Positions 1 through 10,482 of a DNA stretch of 64,000 nucleotides are shown here, in pieces (the first letter of the stretch is position 1; every line of letters begins with the position of its first letter). Source of the stretch: Alphaproteobacteria bacterium. Lineage in GTDB: Bacteria; Pseudomonadota; Alphaproteobacteria; JAAXGF01. The stretch is taken from contig CAUVXB020000002.1 in assembly GCA_963555825.3 (NCBI GenBank), positions 1,696,001-1,760,000 of the forward strand, read 5' to 3'. The notes beneath the pieces were generated by a model that did no database searches, was not told the origin of the DNA, and saw nothing but the letters and a program-made list of their open reading frames with translations. The position numbers and the translations under genes are program-made.

Positions 1-596
1 ACGAAAAGAGCCAGATCCAGGCCCTGGACCGTTCCCAGCCCCTCTTGCCGATGCGCCCCGGGCAGGCGGAGCGGCGCAGCCACGACTACAAGCGCCACGG
101 CACGACCTCTCTCTTCGCGGCCCTCGACATCGCCACGGGAGAGATCATCGGCAAATGTTTCCCGCGCCATCGGGCCCGAGAGTTCCGCAAATTCCTCGAC
201 CTCGTCGAGGCGAACGTCCCTGCTGATCTCGACATCCACATCGTCATGGACAACTACGGGACCCACAAGACCAAGGCGATCCGCGACTGGTTCGCCAAAC
301 GGCCGCGCTGGCAGGCCCATTTCACACCCACCAGCGCCTCCTGGCTGAACCAGGTCGAGCGCTGGTTCGGGCTGCTGACCGACAAGCAGATCAGGCGCGG
401 CGTCCATCGCTCCACCAAGGAGTTGGAGCGCACCATCCTCGACTACATCGACACGACAAACCAGAACCCCAAACCCTTCAAATGGACCAAATCCGCCGAT
501 GACATCCTCGGCGCCATCCAGCGCTTCTGCCTCCGAACAATCGAAATCGCTGAACAGCAGGCGAAAATCATGCGAACTTCGGAATCGGGACACTAG
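1..596 (+). mobile_element. IS630-family element type A, copy 1 (3' part; 5' end outside window)
   Basis: Same sequence as the 3' part of 14211-15395; DDE motifs ([16 protein letters not shown]); ends ...GGGACA-CTAG at 593-596. Confidence 0.95.
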
Positions 597-639
597 TTCG
601 TATTCAGGGCATATTTGCCACCGATCGGCCGGCCGCCCC

Positions 640-2148
640 TCAATCGCCGCCGCGCGTGAACAGATCGCGGTAGCGTTCGCGCAGTTTCGCCTTCTCGACC
701 TTGCCCATGACGTTCTTCGGGATCGTTTCGACGAAGAACAGCGTCTTGGGCGTCTTGTAACCGGCCAGTTCGCGCTTGGCCTCGGCGATGACGGCGTCGG
801 CGTCGAGCGCCACCCCCGGCTCGGTCGTCGCGACCGCGACGACGCCTTCGCCGAAATCCGGGTGCGGCACGCCGACGACCGCCGATTCGGCGATGCCGGC
901 GATGCGGTCGAGCACGCTTTCGACTTCCTTGGGATAGACGTTGAAGCCGCCCGATATGATCAGATCCTTCGAGCGGCCGACGATGTGGACGTAGCCGCGC
1001 GCGTCGATCATGCCGACGTCGCCGGTCTTGAAGAATCCGTCGGCGCGAAACGCTTCGGCGGTCTTCTCGGGCTGGCGCCAATAACCCGTGAAGACGTTCG
1101 GCCCGCGCACCTCGATGTCGCCGATCGCGCCGTCGGCGAGCACCGCGCCGTCGTCAGCGCAGACCCGGACCTCGACGCCCGGCAGCGGCAAGCCGACCGA
1201 ACCGGCGATACGGTCGCCGTCGAGCGGGTTGGACGTGTTCATGTTGGTCTCGGTCATGCCGTAGCGCTCGAGGATGGCGTGACCGGTACGCGCTTCGAAG
1301 GCGGCGAAGGTCTCGGCGGACAGCGGCGCCGAACCCGAGATGAACAGCCGCATGTGGCGGCACAGCCTGGCGTCGAAATTGGGCGCCGCGAGCAGCCGGC
1401 CATAGAATGTCGGCACGCCCATCATCACCGTCGCGCGCGGCAACAGGCGGATCACCTCGTCGGCGTCGAAGCGCGGCAGGAAGATCATGCCCGTGCCGTT
1501 CATCAGCGTCACGTTGAGCGCGACGAACAGCCCGTGCGAGTGGAACAGCGGTAGCGCGTGGAGCAGCACGTCACCGGGTCCGAAGCCCCAGGTCCGATGC
1601 AGCGCCTGTGCGTTCGACGCGAGGTTGTCGTGCGTCAACATGGCGCCCTTGGGCCGGCCCGTCGTGCCCGAGGTATAGAGCATCGCCGCCAGGTCGCCGC
1701 CGCCGACCGACGCCGTCTCGAAGCTGTCGGGCAGCGCGTCGAGGGTCTCGGTCAGCGTCCCGCCGCCTTGGGCGTCGAGCGTCAGGACGGCGGTGTCGTG
1801 ACCGGTGGCGAGCGGTGAGCCGGGGTCGCAAACGATCGCGCTCGGCTCGGCGTCGGCACGGAAGTAGTCGAGCTCGGCCGCGCGGTAGCCGGTGTTGAGC
1901 GGCAGATAGACGAGGCCGGCGCGCAGGCAGGCCAGGTACAGGAACACGGCCTCGGGCGACTTCTCGGCCTGTGCCATGACGCGGTCGCCCGGTCGTGCCC
2001 CCCGGCGTGTCAGGCGATGGGCGATGCGGGCGCTTTGGCTCTCGAGGTCTGCATAGCGCAAGCGGCGCCCATCGGGCAGCTCGATGAAGCAGGTGCCCGA
2101 GTCGCCGGGAAACCGTGTCCGAACGATGTCGTAGAGATTGCTGCCCAT
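640..2148 (-). CDS. matB: Malonate--CoA ligase (malonyl-CoA synthetase, ANL family)
   Basis: 502 aa; AMP-binding YTSGTTGRPKG, HALPLFHSHGLFVA, ERYGMTET, PKNVMGKVEK as in MatB. Confidence 0.85.
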   Translation of the reverse strand: MGSNLYDIVRTRFPGDSGTCFIELPDGRRLRYADLESQSARIAHRLTRRGARPGDRVMAQAEKSPEAVFLYLACLRAGLVYLPLNTGYRAAELDYFRADAEPSAIVCDPGSPLATGHDTAVLTLDAQGGGTLTETLDALPDSFETASVGGGDLAAMLYTSGTTGRPKGAMLTHDNLASNAQALHRTWGFGPGDVLLHALPLFHSHGLFVALNVTLMNGTGMIFLPRFDADEVIRLLPRATVMMGVPTFYGRLLAAPNFDARLCRHMRLFISGSAPLSAETFAAFEARTGHAILERYGMTETNMNTSNPLDGDRIAGSVGLPLPGVEVRVCADDGAVLADGAIGDIEVRGPNVFTGYWRQPEKTAEAFRADGFFKTGDVGMIDARGYVHIVGRSKDLIISGGFNVYPKEVESVLDRIAGIAESAVVGVPHPDFGEGVVAVATTEPGVALDADAVIAEAKRELAGYKTPKTLFFVETIPKNVMGKVEKAKLRERYRDLFTRGGD

Positions 2149-2217
2149 GTCCCGCTCGTTGCCGTCGCCGCGGCTCTAGGAACTGAGCCAAATCGGCGCG
2201 CGGGTCAAGGCCCGGCG

Positions 2218-2934
2218 TCAGGTCTTGTCGTCCTCCACGGGTGCGGCGAGCGCGGTCATCGCGGCCTCGGCCTCGGCCTCGAAGGGGGTACCGGCGGCGC
2301 CCGACGCCGCCGCGGCGGCGGCCGCGGTCTCGGCCGGCGCCGCGCGGCCGAACAGCCGCGCGATGCGGGCGTACAACAGTCGGATGGCATGCCACAGTTT
2401 GGGCAGCAGCCAGACCAGCAGGATGACGAACGCGATGAGCAGGCCGGCGACGACTTCCGGATAGTGGAAGGCGGCCCAGACGCCGCTGATCACCGCGACG
2501 TCCTCGGCCAGCGAGACACCGATGTTGGTGAACGGCTCGGGCGAGGTATTGATCAGCACCCGACTGCCCGATTTCAGGCAATGGCTGCCCGCCGCCAGCG
2601 TGCCGCCGGCGAGCGCCGCGGCGATTTCGGCGGCCGGGCCGATGTCGCCGACCGCGCCCGCGGCCAGCACCGCCGCCGCCGGGATCCGGATGAAGCTGTG
2701 GATGGCGTCCCAGCCGGTGTCGACGCCGGGCATCTTGTCGGCGAAGAATTCGACGACATACATGACGCTCGCGGCGCCGATGACCAGCGGATCCGACAGG
2801 ATGACGAGTTCGCCGGGCAACACGATATTGCCGCTCGCGCCCAGAATTCCCAGCGTCGCGACGGCGGCGTACAGATTGATGCCGCAGCCCCAGGCGACGC
2901 CCATCGAGATAACCAGCGTTTCGATGATACCCAT
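2218..2934 (-). CDS. DUF4126-type membrane protein
   Basis: GINLYA, EFFADKMPGVDTGWDAIHSFIR, INTSPEPFTN motifs; hydrophobic; start placed at ATG 2934. Confidence 0.8.
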   Translation of the reverse strand: MGIIETLVISMGVAWGCGINLYAAVATLGILGASGNIVLPGELVILSDPLVIGAASVMYVVEFFADKMPGVDTGWDAIHSFIRIPAAAVLAAGAVGDIGPAAEIAAALAGGTLAAGSHCLKSGSRVLINTSPEPFTNIGVSLAEDVAVISGVWAAFHYPEVVAGLLIAFVILLVWLLPKLWHAIRLLYARIARLFGRAAPAETAAAAAAASGAAGTPFEAEAEAAMTALAAPVEDDKT

Positions 2935-3322
2935 TGTGAACCGACATCCCATTTTGTTGCACCGAGGCCCGAACCGCGGGCCGGCTTCAACATTAGCTTG
3001 GCGGCGGCGGACCGTGATGGGAAGGCAAAACGGTGGCGCGATTTTGATGGCGCGGGTCCACGGTTCAAGAAGCGGCCGCGATTTTGATCCCGATCGGTGA
3101 ATGATGGCGGAACTATGCCCAATTACGCAGATTCGATAGGATTTACCGCGAAACTGCGGTCGAATTGCCAATTAGCGGTTGCGTGTTCCACACACCCACG
3201 CTAAACGCTTACCAGACGGGGTTTTTTCGGCGGGCGCTGACAATGGGCGGGCGCCGCATCGTATCAATTTTTAGTTCGCAACTGTGACGTCAGTCATAGA
3301 TATCGAGTACGGCGACCGTTAA

Positions 3323-4792
3323 CAGCCCGTTGAAAAAGGCGTCATTGACCGGGTTTCACGCCACGGCGAAGCATATCGCGGCGAAGGCGGTTTCGCCATC
3401 CTCCGAGACGATGAGGACGATCTGAACGACCAGGACGGCTCCAGCGGGCGTAACAAGCACGAACAAGGCGCCAATTCCGCCCGCCACGGCCTCCTTCGGG
3501 GTGCCGGCGCCGATGAGTTGGCGCATCAGCAACGATAGGTTGTGGCCGGCGACGTGAAGCAGGTATCGCTTGTGCACGTTCTCGCGGCCCCGAAGCCAGG
3601 TCCGGCGCATACCGCCGCGATCGAGGTTGTGGGCAAAGGAGCGCTCGACGATCTCGGCGCGCAGCTTGAAGGCTTCCCTGGCCACCCCCGATAACAGCCG
3701 GGTCCGGTTGTTGGTGACCGCCCGGCGAGCCGCATCATCTCCGTGCCAGCGCGCAAAACCCTTCTGCTTGGGCTCGGAGATCCGGCTCTTCCAGGGGCCG
3801 TCGTCGAGCGCCTTCAAGACCAACCGTGAGTGGTAGCCCTTATCGGTCACACATTCGGCCGGATCTTCGGCCGTCGGCGCCACATCCACCGCCTCGAGGT
3901 TTGCCTCGGCCGCCGCCAGGGTCTTGGGAAGCGTTGTCGTATCGCCCTCGTCGGCCGGGTGCAGCTCCGCCGCCACCACCGCGCCGGTGTCCAGATCCAC
4001 CGCGTGCTCGGGCTTGTAGGCCAGGTGCGTGGTGCCGTCCTTCATCTTGGCGATCTTGGCCTCGGGGTCGCTCCTGGAAACCCAGTCCTGGTTCGAGAGC
4101 TTCTTGCCCTTGCGCTTGCGGTCCAGACGCGCCAGGTCCTCAGCCGTGGGTGTCTCGATACCGCTCTCCTGGGCCAAGCGCTCCAGCATCCCCCGGTAAC
4201 CCTCGCCCGTGTCCCTCCGCACGATGTTGCGCAGCGCCGCGTTGGCCTCCATGGTCGAGGCATCCACCCCGATGCGCTCGCCCTTCACCAGACCCGCCTC
4301 GGCGATCAGCGCCAGGACCCAGTCAAACACCGCCGTGTGGACTTCATGGGGCAGGCGCGCGCGGGTCCGTGACAGCCAGGAATGGTCCGGCACCCGTTCC
4401 CGCCTCTCCAACAGCAGGAACTCCCGTAGCGACAGGGAATCCGAGCACCGCCACTCCAGCCCACGCTCAGAGTCGATACCCTCGAAGTAGCCCACCAGGT
4501 GCATACGGAAGTAGCGCCCGGGTGGCACCGAAGGCGCCCCCATCCTGGCCGCGTAATAGGGCTGGCAGACCGCCTCGGCGAAGCCGTCGAAGCCGCCCTC
4601 GATCAGTACCAACTGCAGGCGGTCGTAAAATACATGACCTGGCGAGCGCGGCATCTCCGACCAGCTCACCATCAAGTCCCCCTGACGATCCTTCTGCTGT
4701 CCCATCGCCATCAGCGAACCCCCCTTCAGGCCAGGACACCAGAGAATCAGACCATGCCGACTTCGTCCAGGGAAGACTTCGTCAACGGGCTG
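3323..4792 (-). mobile_element. IS1182/IS5-like element, 1470 bp
   Basis: Perfect 11-bp IR CAGCCCGTTGA/TCAACGGGCTG; TTAA duplicated at 3319-3322 and 4793-4796; lies 54 bp upstream of the ompA start. Confidence 0.9.
3356..4711 (-). CDS. Transposase (DUF772 + DDE)
   Basis: 451 aa; VPDHSWLSRTR, GVDASTMEANA, DKGY, IVERSFA motifs. Confidence 0.9.
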   Translation of the reverse strand: MAMGQQKDRQGDLMVSWSEMPRSPGHVFYDRLQLVLIEGGFDGFAEAVCQPYYAARMGAPSVPPGRYFRMHLVGYFEGIDSERGLEWRCSDSLSLREFLLLERRERVPDHSWLSRTRARLPHEVHTAVFDWVLALIAEAGLVKGERIGVDASTMEANAALRNIVRRDTGEGYRGMLERLAQESGIETPTAEDLARLDRKRKGKKLSNQDWVSRSDPEAKIAKMKDGTTHLAYKPEHAVDLDTGAVVAAELHPADEGDTTTLPKTLAAAEANLEAVDVAPTAEDPAECVTDKGYHSRLVLKALDDGPWKSRISEPKQKGFARWHGDDAARRAVTNNRTRLLSGVAREAFKLRAEIVERSFAHNLDRGGMRRTWLRGRENVHKRYLLHVAGHNLSLLMRQLIGAGTPKEAVAGGIGALFVLVTPAGAVLVVQIVLIVSEDGETAFAAICFAVA

Positions 4793-4846
4793 TTAAGGGT
4801 GGCCGCGTTCATCTGCCATAGCAGTCAACTGGGGTGGGAAGTGAAA

Positions 4847-4977
4847 ATGCATAAAATCAAGAATTCGATCCTGGCAAGCGGGCTGACGATAGCATTGGCC
4901 GGTTGTGTCGGGATGGAGAAGGACATGGCGGCCGAGATGACGCCGGCGGGTTCGGCGTTCAATCAGGCGCTTTACGG
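4847..4977 (+). pseudogene. OmpA-family lipoprotein, N-terminal fragment
   Basis: MHKIKNSILASGLTIALAG-C lipobox; cut at QALYG by an IS; continues in frame at 23015-22259 (minus strand). Confidence 0.85.
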
Positions 4978-5022
4978 TGAGTCGGACCCGATTTCCTTGG
5001 ACACAGAATTGGCTTAATCGAA

Positions 5023-5454
5023 GTGTCCAAGGAGGACCGGAACATGACCGACAATTTTGAGAACAAAGTTGCTGTTGATGGGCCTGTGGTAAACGAGGGC
5101 GAGCTTGGCTCGTCCACGTTTTCCCCGGGCCAGGTTTCGCCGGCAGGCCCGCTGGGACTTGGCCAGCGGTGGACGGTGACGCGCAAGCGTGAGGTTGCCC
5201 TGCGGCTTTTGCGTGGCGAGCCGGTGGAACTTTTGTCGCGGCAGTTGGGCGTGGAGATTTTCCGGCTCGAGCAGTGGCGTGAGAAGGCGATCGCCGGGAT
5301 CGATGCCTCGCTCAAGGAACGCAAGGGCGATCCGGTGAAGGCGGAACTGGACATCGCCATGAAGCGGATCGGGGAGTTGATCATGCAGGTGGAACTGCTG
5401 GAGGCCAAGACGGAGACGTCCGGCCCTTTGGGGCGGCGGAGGTCGCGGCGATGA
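5023..5454 (+). CDS. Transposase OrfA (HTH)
   Basis: RWTVTRKREVALRLLRGE HTH plus coiled coil; ATG 5045 is an alternative start. Confidence 0.8.
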   Translation: MSKEDRNMTDNFENKVAVDGPVVNEGELGSSTFSPGQVSPAGPLGLGQRWTVTRKREVALRLLRGEPVELLSRQLGVEIFRLEQWREKAIAGIDASLKERKGDPVKAELDIAMKRIGELIMQVELLEAKTETSGPLGRRRSRR

Positions 5455-6362
5455 GTGCCGCCACCTCTCCCGGCACGGGTTTGGCCTACGGCCTCCAGCG
5501 GGTCTGTGCGGCCTGGGGTTTTGCCCGTTCCTCGTTCTACGCCATGAAATCCCGGCAGCAGGCCACCGCTGAGCGCCCACCAGCAAAGCGCCGGGGACCG
5601 AAGCCCTCGATCTCGGACGAGGCTCTGCTGGTGGCCATCGAGGCCGACCTGGAGGCATCCCCCTGGGAGGGCGAGGGACACCGCAAGGTCTGGGCTCGGC
5701 TTCGGGTCTGTCGTGGCATCCGTGTTTCCCGCAAGCGGGGGCTCCGGGTGATGCGCGAGAACAACCTGCTCTCGCCCCATCGCTGCCGCCGCCGTGGCGG
5801 AAATCCCCATGTCGGTGAGATCATCACCCATGCCCCCAACCTCATGTGGGGCACGGACGGCGTTCGGGTGTTCACGGTGGACGACGGCTGGGGCTGGATA
5901 TTCACCGCCATCGAGCATTGGAACGCCGAGTGCGTCGGCTGGCATGTGTGCAAGCGAGGCGACCGCTTCGCCGCCCTTCAGCCGATCTCCATGGGGCTTG
6001 CGAGGCTGTATGCCTCGACCTCCGCCGGTGCGGCGCGGGGGCTGGCCTTGCGGATGGATCACGGCTCCCAGTATCTGTCGGACCACTTCACCAACCAGAT
6101 CAAGTTCTGGGGCATCCAGCCGTCCTACGCCTTCGTCGAACAGCCCCAGACCAACGGCGTCGCCGAGAGGTTCAATCGCACGCTCAAGGAACAGATCATC
6201 CATGGCCGCATCTACCGCAACATCGCGGAGCTGCGGAACGCCGTCCGCGGGTTCGTCGAACAGTACAATGCCCAGTGGATCGTGGAGAAGAACGGCTACC
6301 TGAGCCCCGCTCAAGCTCGTCAGGCGTGGCACACCGCGATGTCACTCAGGCCCGCCGCATGA
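5451..6362 (+). CDS. Transposase OrfB (integrase core, DDE)
   Basis: WGTD, RMDHGSQY, PQTNGVAERFNRTLKE. Confidence 0.9.
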   Translation: MSAATSPGTGLAYGLQRVCAAWGFARSSFYAMKSRQQATAERPPAKRRGPKPSISDEALLVAIEADLEASPWEGEGHRKVWARLRVCRGIRVSRKRGLRVMRENNLLSPHRCRRRGGNPHVGEIITHAPNLMWGTDGVRVFTVDDGWGWIFTAIEHWNAECVGWHVCKRGDRFAALQPISMGLARLYASTSAGAARGLALRMDHGSQYLSDHFTNQIKFWGIQPSYAFVEQPQTNGVAERFNRTLKEQIIHGRIYRNIAELRNAVRGFVEQYNAQWIVEKNGYLSPAQARQAWHTAMSLRPAA

Positions 6363-6397
6363 GACAAACTTGTGTCCAAGGAACCGGGTGCGATACA

Positions 6398-6562
6398 CCC
6401 AACCTTCAGGCCGCCGTACTCCTTGCGCCACCGATAGTACGTCTGCTCGGCGATGCCCAAGGTCCGGCACACTTCGGGCACCGTGTGACCGCTCGCCAGG
6501 CCGACTTCAGCCTCACGCAGCTTGCTGATGATCTGTTCCGCGGTATGTCGCTTCCGTGGCAT
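6398..6562 (-). pseudogene. IS3-family (IS407-group) OrfA, N-terminal half
   Basis: MPRKRHTAEQIISKLREAE...YYRWRKEYGGLKVG; continues in frame at 24464 on the plus strand. Confidence 0.9.
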
Positions 6563-6635
6563 CTTGACTGAGGTGGTCCCAGAAAATCGGACAGGGAGCT
6601 AAGGTGTATTCCACCGGATAACGGAGGAATACGAG

Positions 6636-6917
6636 ATGACGAATCGACGCCGGTTTACGGCGGAATTCAAGGCCCGGGTGGCGCTGGAAGCGCTGCGGGG
6701 CGACAAGACGATCCAGCAGATCGCGGCCAAGCACAAGGTGCATCCGAACCAGGTGAGCGCCTGGAAGCGCCAGGCGGTGGACGGTCTGGGCGAAGTGTTT
6801 TCGAACGGCGCCAACCGCGCTTGCCGGGATCATGAATCCGAGGTCCGCGACCTTCACGCCAAGATCGGCGAGCTGACGGTGGAACGGGATTTTTTAGCCA
6901 GAGGGCTCAAGCGATGA
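6636..6917 (+). CDS. IS3 OrfA
   Basis: RRRFTAEFKARVALEAL HTH; ERDFLARGLKR end with T6 slippery run. Confidence 0.9.
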   Translation: MTNRRRFTAEFKARVALEALRGDKTIQQIAAKHKVHPNQVSAWKRQAVDGLGEVFSNGANRACRDHESEVRDLHAKIGELTVERDFLARGLKR

Positions 6918-7691
6918 GCCGGGGGGAGCGCAAGGCGATGATCACACGCGACGCCCCCGAGCTGAGCTTGAGCCGTCAATGCCGCCTGCTTTCGATCGGC
7001 CGGTCCTCGTTCTATTATGCGCCCAGGGGGGAGAGCCCTTCGAGTCTGGCGCTGATGCGTCGGATCGACGAGTTGTTCATGAAGTACCCGTTCTACGGCA
7101 GCCGCCAGATGGTCCGCCAGTTGCGGCGGGACGGCGTTTGCGTCGGCCGTCACCGGGTTCGCAGGTTGATGCGATTGATAGGCCTGGAGGCGATCTATCA
7201 GGCGCCGAGAACCAGCGTGCCGCATCCCATGCACCGGATTTATCCTTATCTTCTCAAAGGGATGGCTATCGACCAGCCCAATCGGGTCTGGTGCGCCGAC
7301 ATCACCTATATCCCCGTCCAGCGTGGCTTTCTGTACCTGGTAGCGATCATGGACTGGGCGACGCGCCACGTTTTATCCTGGCGGCTGTCGAACACCATGG
7401 ACGCTGGATTCTGCGCCGAGGCCTTGGGCGACGCGCTGGCCCGCTACGGCCAGCCGGAGATATTCAATACGGATCAGGGCAGCCAGTTCACCAGCCTCGA
7501 CTGTCAATGGCGGAGCAAAAAGGGACCACCGTGGCGGTGTAAGAAGGGACCACTTGGCGGCTGCGGGCTTGTCCCCTAGTCCATGGGAGGGCCCCGCGTG
7601 CGACGCGGCGTGCCCTCAACAGGCCGACGCGGCGGCGCGCGCGGGAGGGACCTGTGGGCCCACGGGGTCAAGCGTGGGTTGGGTGGTCGGT

Positions 7692-8456
7692 TCAGTTCGC
7701 CGTCGGGGTTTGACGCCTGCGGCTCTGGTTGAGCCTGTAGCTCTCGCCATTCATCTCGAGGATGTTGACGTGGTGGGTGAGGCGGTCGAGGAGAGCGCCG
7801 GTAAGCCGCTCGGAGCCGAACACCTCGGTCCATTCGTCGAAGGGCAGATTGGTGGTGACCAGGGTCGAGCCCCGCTCGTAGCGCTGGCTGAACACCTCGA
7901 ACAGGAGCTCGGCACCGGTCTTGGACAGCGGCACGAAGCCGAGTTCGTCGACGATCAGAAGCTTGTAGGTGGCGAGCTTCTTCTGGAACCTCAGCAGCTG
8001 CTTGTCATCGCGGGCCTCGATGAGTTCGTGGACCAGCGCGGCGGCGGTGATGAAGCCGACCGAGAGGCCCTTCTGGCAGGCCGCCAGGCCGAGACCGAGG
8101 GCGATGTGGGTCTTGCCGGTGCCGCTGTTGCCGAGCGCGATGAGGTTCTCGCGGCGCTCGATGTACTCGCAGCGGGCCAGCTCCAGGACCAACGTCTTGT
8201 TGAGCGAGGGGATGACCTTGAAGTCGAAGCTATCGAGGCTCTTGATCACGGGGAAGCGCGCCGCCTTGATGCGCCGCTCGACCATGCGGCGCTCGCGGTC
8301 GATCAGCTCGAGCTCGGCAAGACGCAGAAGATAGCGAACGTGGTCGACGCCTTCCGAGGCACACTGCCGGGCGATCTTGTCGTACTCCCTCAGGAACGTC
8401 GGCAGCTTCAGCCTCTTGAGGTGGTGGACGAGCAGCACCTGCCGTGTGTCGGTCAT
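7692..8456 (-). CDS. istB: IS21 helper ATPase
   Basis: Starts MTDTRQV overlapping istA stop; Walker A GNSGTGKT, Walker B LLIVDELG, ALLDRLTHH. Confidence 0.95.
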   Translation of the reverse strand: MTDTRQVLLVHHLKRLKLPTFLREYDKIARQCASEGVDHVRYLLRLAELELIDRERRMVERRIKAARFPVIKSLDSFDFKVIPSLNKTLVLELARCEYIERRENLIALGNSGTGKTHIALGLGLAACQKGLSVGFITAAALVHELIEARDDKQLLRFQKKLATYKLLIVDELGFVPLSKTGAELLFEVFSQRYERGSTLVTTNLPFDEWTEVFGSERLTGALLDRLTHHVNILEMNGESYRLNQSRRRQTPTAN

Positions 8457-9952
8457 GCGCCGAGCCCCGACAGCAGGCTCATGTACGACTTGGCAGACGT
8501 CGTCGCGACCCGGGCGCGCGGCAGGTACGGATAGACGTCGAGGTTGAGTCTGGGCGGCCGCCGCTCGATGCGGCACAGTACCAAGTGCTTCACCGCATCG
8601 AAGCCGATTGCGCCGAGCCTGAGCGCGTCGCCGACCGCACCCTCGACCTCCTCGAGCCGGAAGGTCTCCAGCAGACGGAGCACCTGGACGTACTCGCGCT
8701 TGCCCGCCTTGCCCATGCGGGCTTCGAGCAGGCGTCGCAGAGTGATGAAGGCCTCGGGCAGGTTCCAGCCCGCCAACGGCGCGGCCTGGTCGAGGGCGCC
8801 GATCTTCTGCTCGATCAAGGGTAGGTAATGCAGCGGGTCGAAGATCAGGTCCTCGCTGTCGTAGGACCGGCGGTGCCGGGCAATCACCTCCGCGCCGCAA
8901 GAGATAACGACCTCGTCGACGTAGCCCCGGATCAGCACCTCACGGTGGCCGTAGGCCACGGGCACGGAATAGTCGTTGCTGCGGTAACGCACCAGCGACA
9001 GCGAACTCGCCCGTCCAGGGCGCTTGTCGCAGGCATCGTATGGTGCCGGGGGTAGAGGCAAGAAGGCTTCCCGGTCCCGTGCGAGGCGCTCGCCGATGGT
9101 CTCCTTGTGACCCCGCAGCCGCGCCGCCTGGCGCCGGCGGCACTGTCCCGCGAGAGCATCGTTGAGGGCCTCGAAGCTCTCGGCCCGCGGGACGGGGACC
9201 AGGAAGTTCCGCCGGATGAAGCCGACCAGTCCCTCGACCTTGCCTTTGTCGTTGCCCTTGCCCGGCCGGCCGAACCTGTCCTCGAACAGATAGTGGGATT
9301 GAAGTTCCGTGAAGACGCGCGTTCGCTGCCGCTTCCCATCGCCCAGGATGCGGGCGACTGCCAGCTTGGTGTTGTCGTACAGGATGGAGCGGGGGACGCC
9401 GCCGAAGAACGCAACCGCCGCGTTGTGGCCATCGCAGAACGCCTCGGTCGTCTCCGCCGGGTAGGCCTTCACGAAGCAGGCATCACTGTGGGGAAGATCG
9501 AAGGCAAGGAAGTGGACCTTGCGCGCCACGCCGCCGATCACCGCCATCGCCTCGCCGAAGTCCGCCTGGGCGTGGCCGGGGGAATGGACGAGCGGCACGA
9601 ACATCTCGCGCGACCGAAGCCGCCGCTCACGGACATAGTCCTTCACGATGGTGTAGCCGCCGGTGAACCCGTACTCGTCCCGGAGACGGTCGAAGATCCG
9701 CTTCGCCGTGTGCCGTTGCTTGTGGTGGCTGGTCCGATCGTCTTCCAGAATCCGATCGATGATCCCCGTGAACGGACCCAGCTTCGGCCGCCGTGGCGGC
9801 TTGCCGCGGCGATACCCCGGCGGCACCGAGAACGACAGCATCTTGCGTACCGTCTTGCGGTCCAGCCCGAACACCCGCGAGGCCTCGCGGGTGCTCATTC
9901 CCTCGACACGACACGCCCGCCGGACCCGCGCGTACATCTCCACCCGATACAT
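8453..9952 (-). CDS. istA: IS21 transposase
   Basis: 499 aa; QADFG, ILYDN, KGKVEGLV. Confidence 0.95.
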   Translation of the reverse strand: MYRVEMYARVRRACRVEGMSTREASRVFGLDRKTVRKMLSFSVPPGYRRGKPPRRPKLGPFTGIIDRILEDDRTSHHKQRHTAKRIFDRLRDEYGFTGGYTIVKDYVRERRLRSREMFVPLVHSPGHAQADFGEAMAVIGGVARKVHFLAFDLPHSDACFVKAYPAETTEAFCDGHNAAVAFFGGVPRSILYDNTKLAVARILGDGKRQRTRVFTELQSHYLFEDRFGRPGKGNDKGKVEGLVGFIRRNFLVPVPRAESFEALNDALAGQCRRRQAARLRGHKETIGERLARDREAFLPLPPAPYDACDKRPGRASSLSLVRYRSNDYSVPVAYGHREVLIRGYVDEVVISCGAEVIARHRRSYDSEDLIFDPLHYLPLIEQKIGALDQAAPLAGWNLPEAFITLRRLLEARMGKAGKREYVQVLRLLETFRLEEVEGAVGDALRLGAIGFDAVKHLVLCRIERRPPRLNLDVYPYLPRARVATTSAKSYMSLLSGLGA

Positions 9953-10482
9953 CCCCCCGCCTTCCAGTCAGAGCAACCCTGACAGAAGGCTATACGCGGT
10001 CCCATTTTGGTCCGCCACAGCCGGATCAACCGGCCGCTTCAGTGGGGGATTATTGCGCCGCCGTTCTCACTCGACTTCACCGGCGTGCTCAAGAACGCGA
10101 GCATCCGCATCTCCATGGACGGTCGGGGCCGCTGCATGGACAACATCTTCATCCAGCGCCTGTGGCGGTCTCTCAAGTATGAGGCGGTCTACCTACACGA
10201 GCTCACCGACGGCTTCCACGCCGAACGGGTCATCGGCGAGTGGATCGGCTTCTACAACACCGAGCGGCCCCATTCGTCCCTCGACGGTCAAACGCCGGCC
10301 GAGGCCTACGGGGCCGGTCAACCTGTGGATATGATGGACAAGGCTCGCGCCTTGCCCACATCCCCACAGGCTCAACAACAGCAACAGGATGTGATAAAAA
10401 GGATTTTGGCAGCATGATCAAACAACGGAATACACCTTAACCGCGCTGCCAAACTGTCCAACAAAGTGGGACCACCTCAGAC

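Larger units (their letters stand above)
4978..6397 (+). mobile_element. IS3/IS481-like two-ORF element, 1420 bp, copy 1
   Basis: TG...CA ends sharing CCTTGGACACA IR core; orfA 5023-5454 and orfB 5451-6362 overlap by ATGA; flanked by 14-bp target copies. Confidence 0.9.
7502..10069 (-). mobile_element. IS21-family element, 2568 bp
   Basis: TG...CA ends with reiterated terminal boxes; 6-bp duplication CTCGAC (7496-7501, 10070-10075); istA-istB pair. Confidence 0.95.
6914..10417 (+). pseudogene. IS3 OrfB split by IS21 (6914-7501 + 10076-10417)
   Basis: Rejoins as TDQGSQFTSLD|FTGVLKNASIRISMDGRGRCMDNIFIQRLWRSLKYE. Confidence 0.9.
6569..10479 (+). mobile_element. IS3-family element interrupted by IS21
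   Basis: IRs TGAGGTGGTCCC.../...GGGACCACCTCA; 3-bp duplication GAC (6566-6568, 10480-10482); inserted between the RBS and start codon of the IS407-group orfA. Confidence 0.9.

Noticed and set aside
7502-7561. Short direct repeats (AAGGGACCAC..TGGCGG) resembling a mini CRISPR
   Set aside because: Reiterated terminal boxes of IS21; no spacers or cas genes
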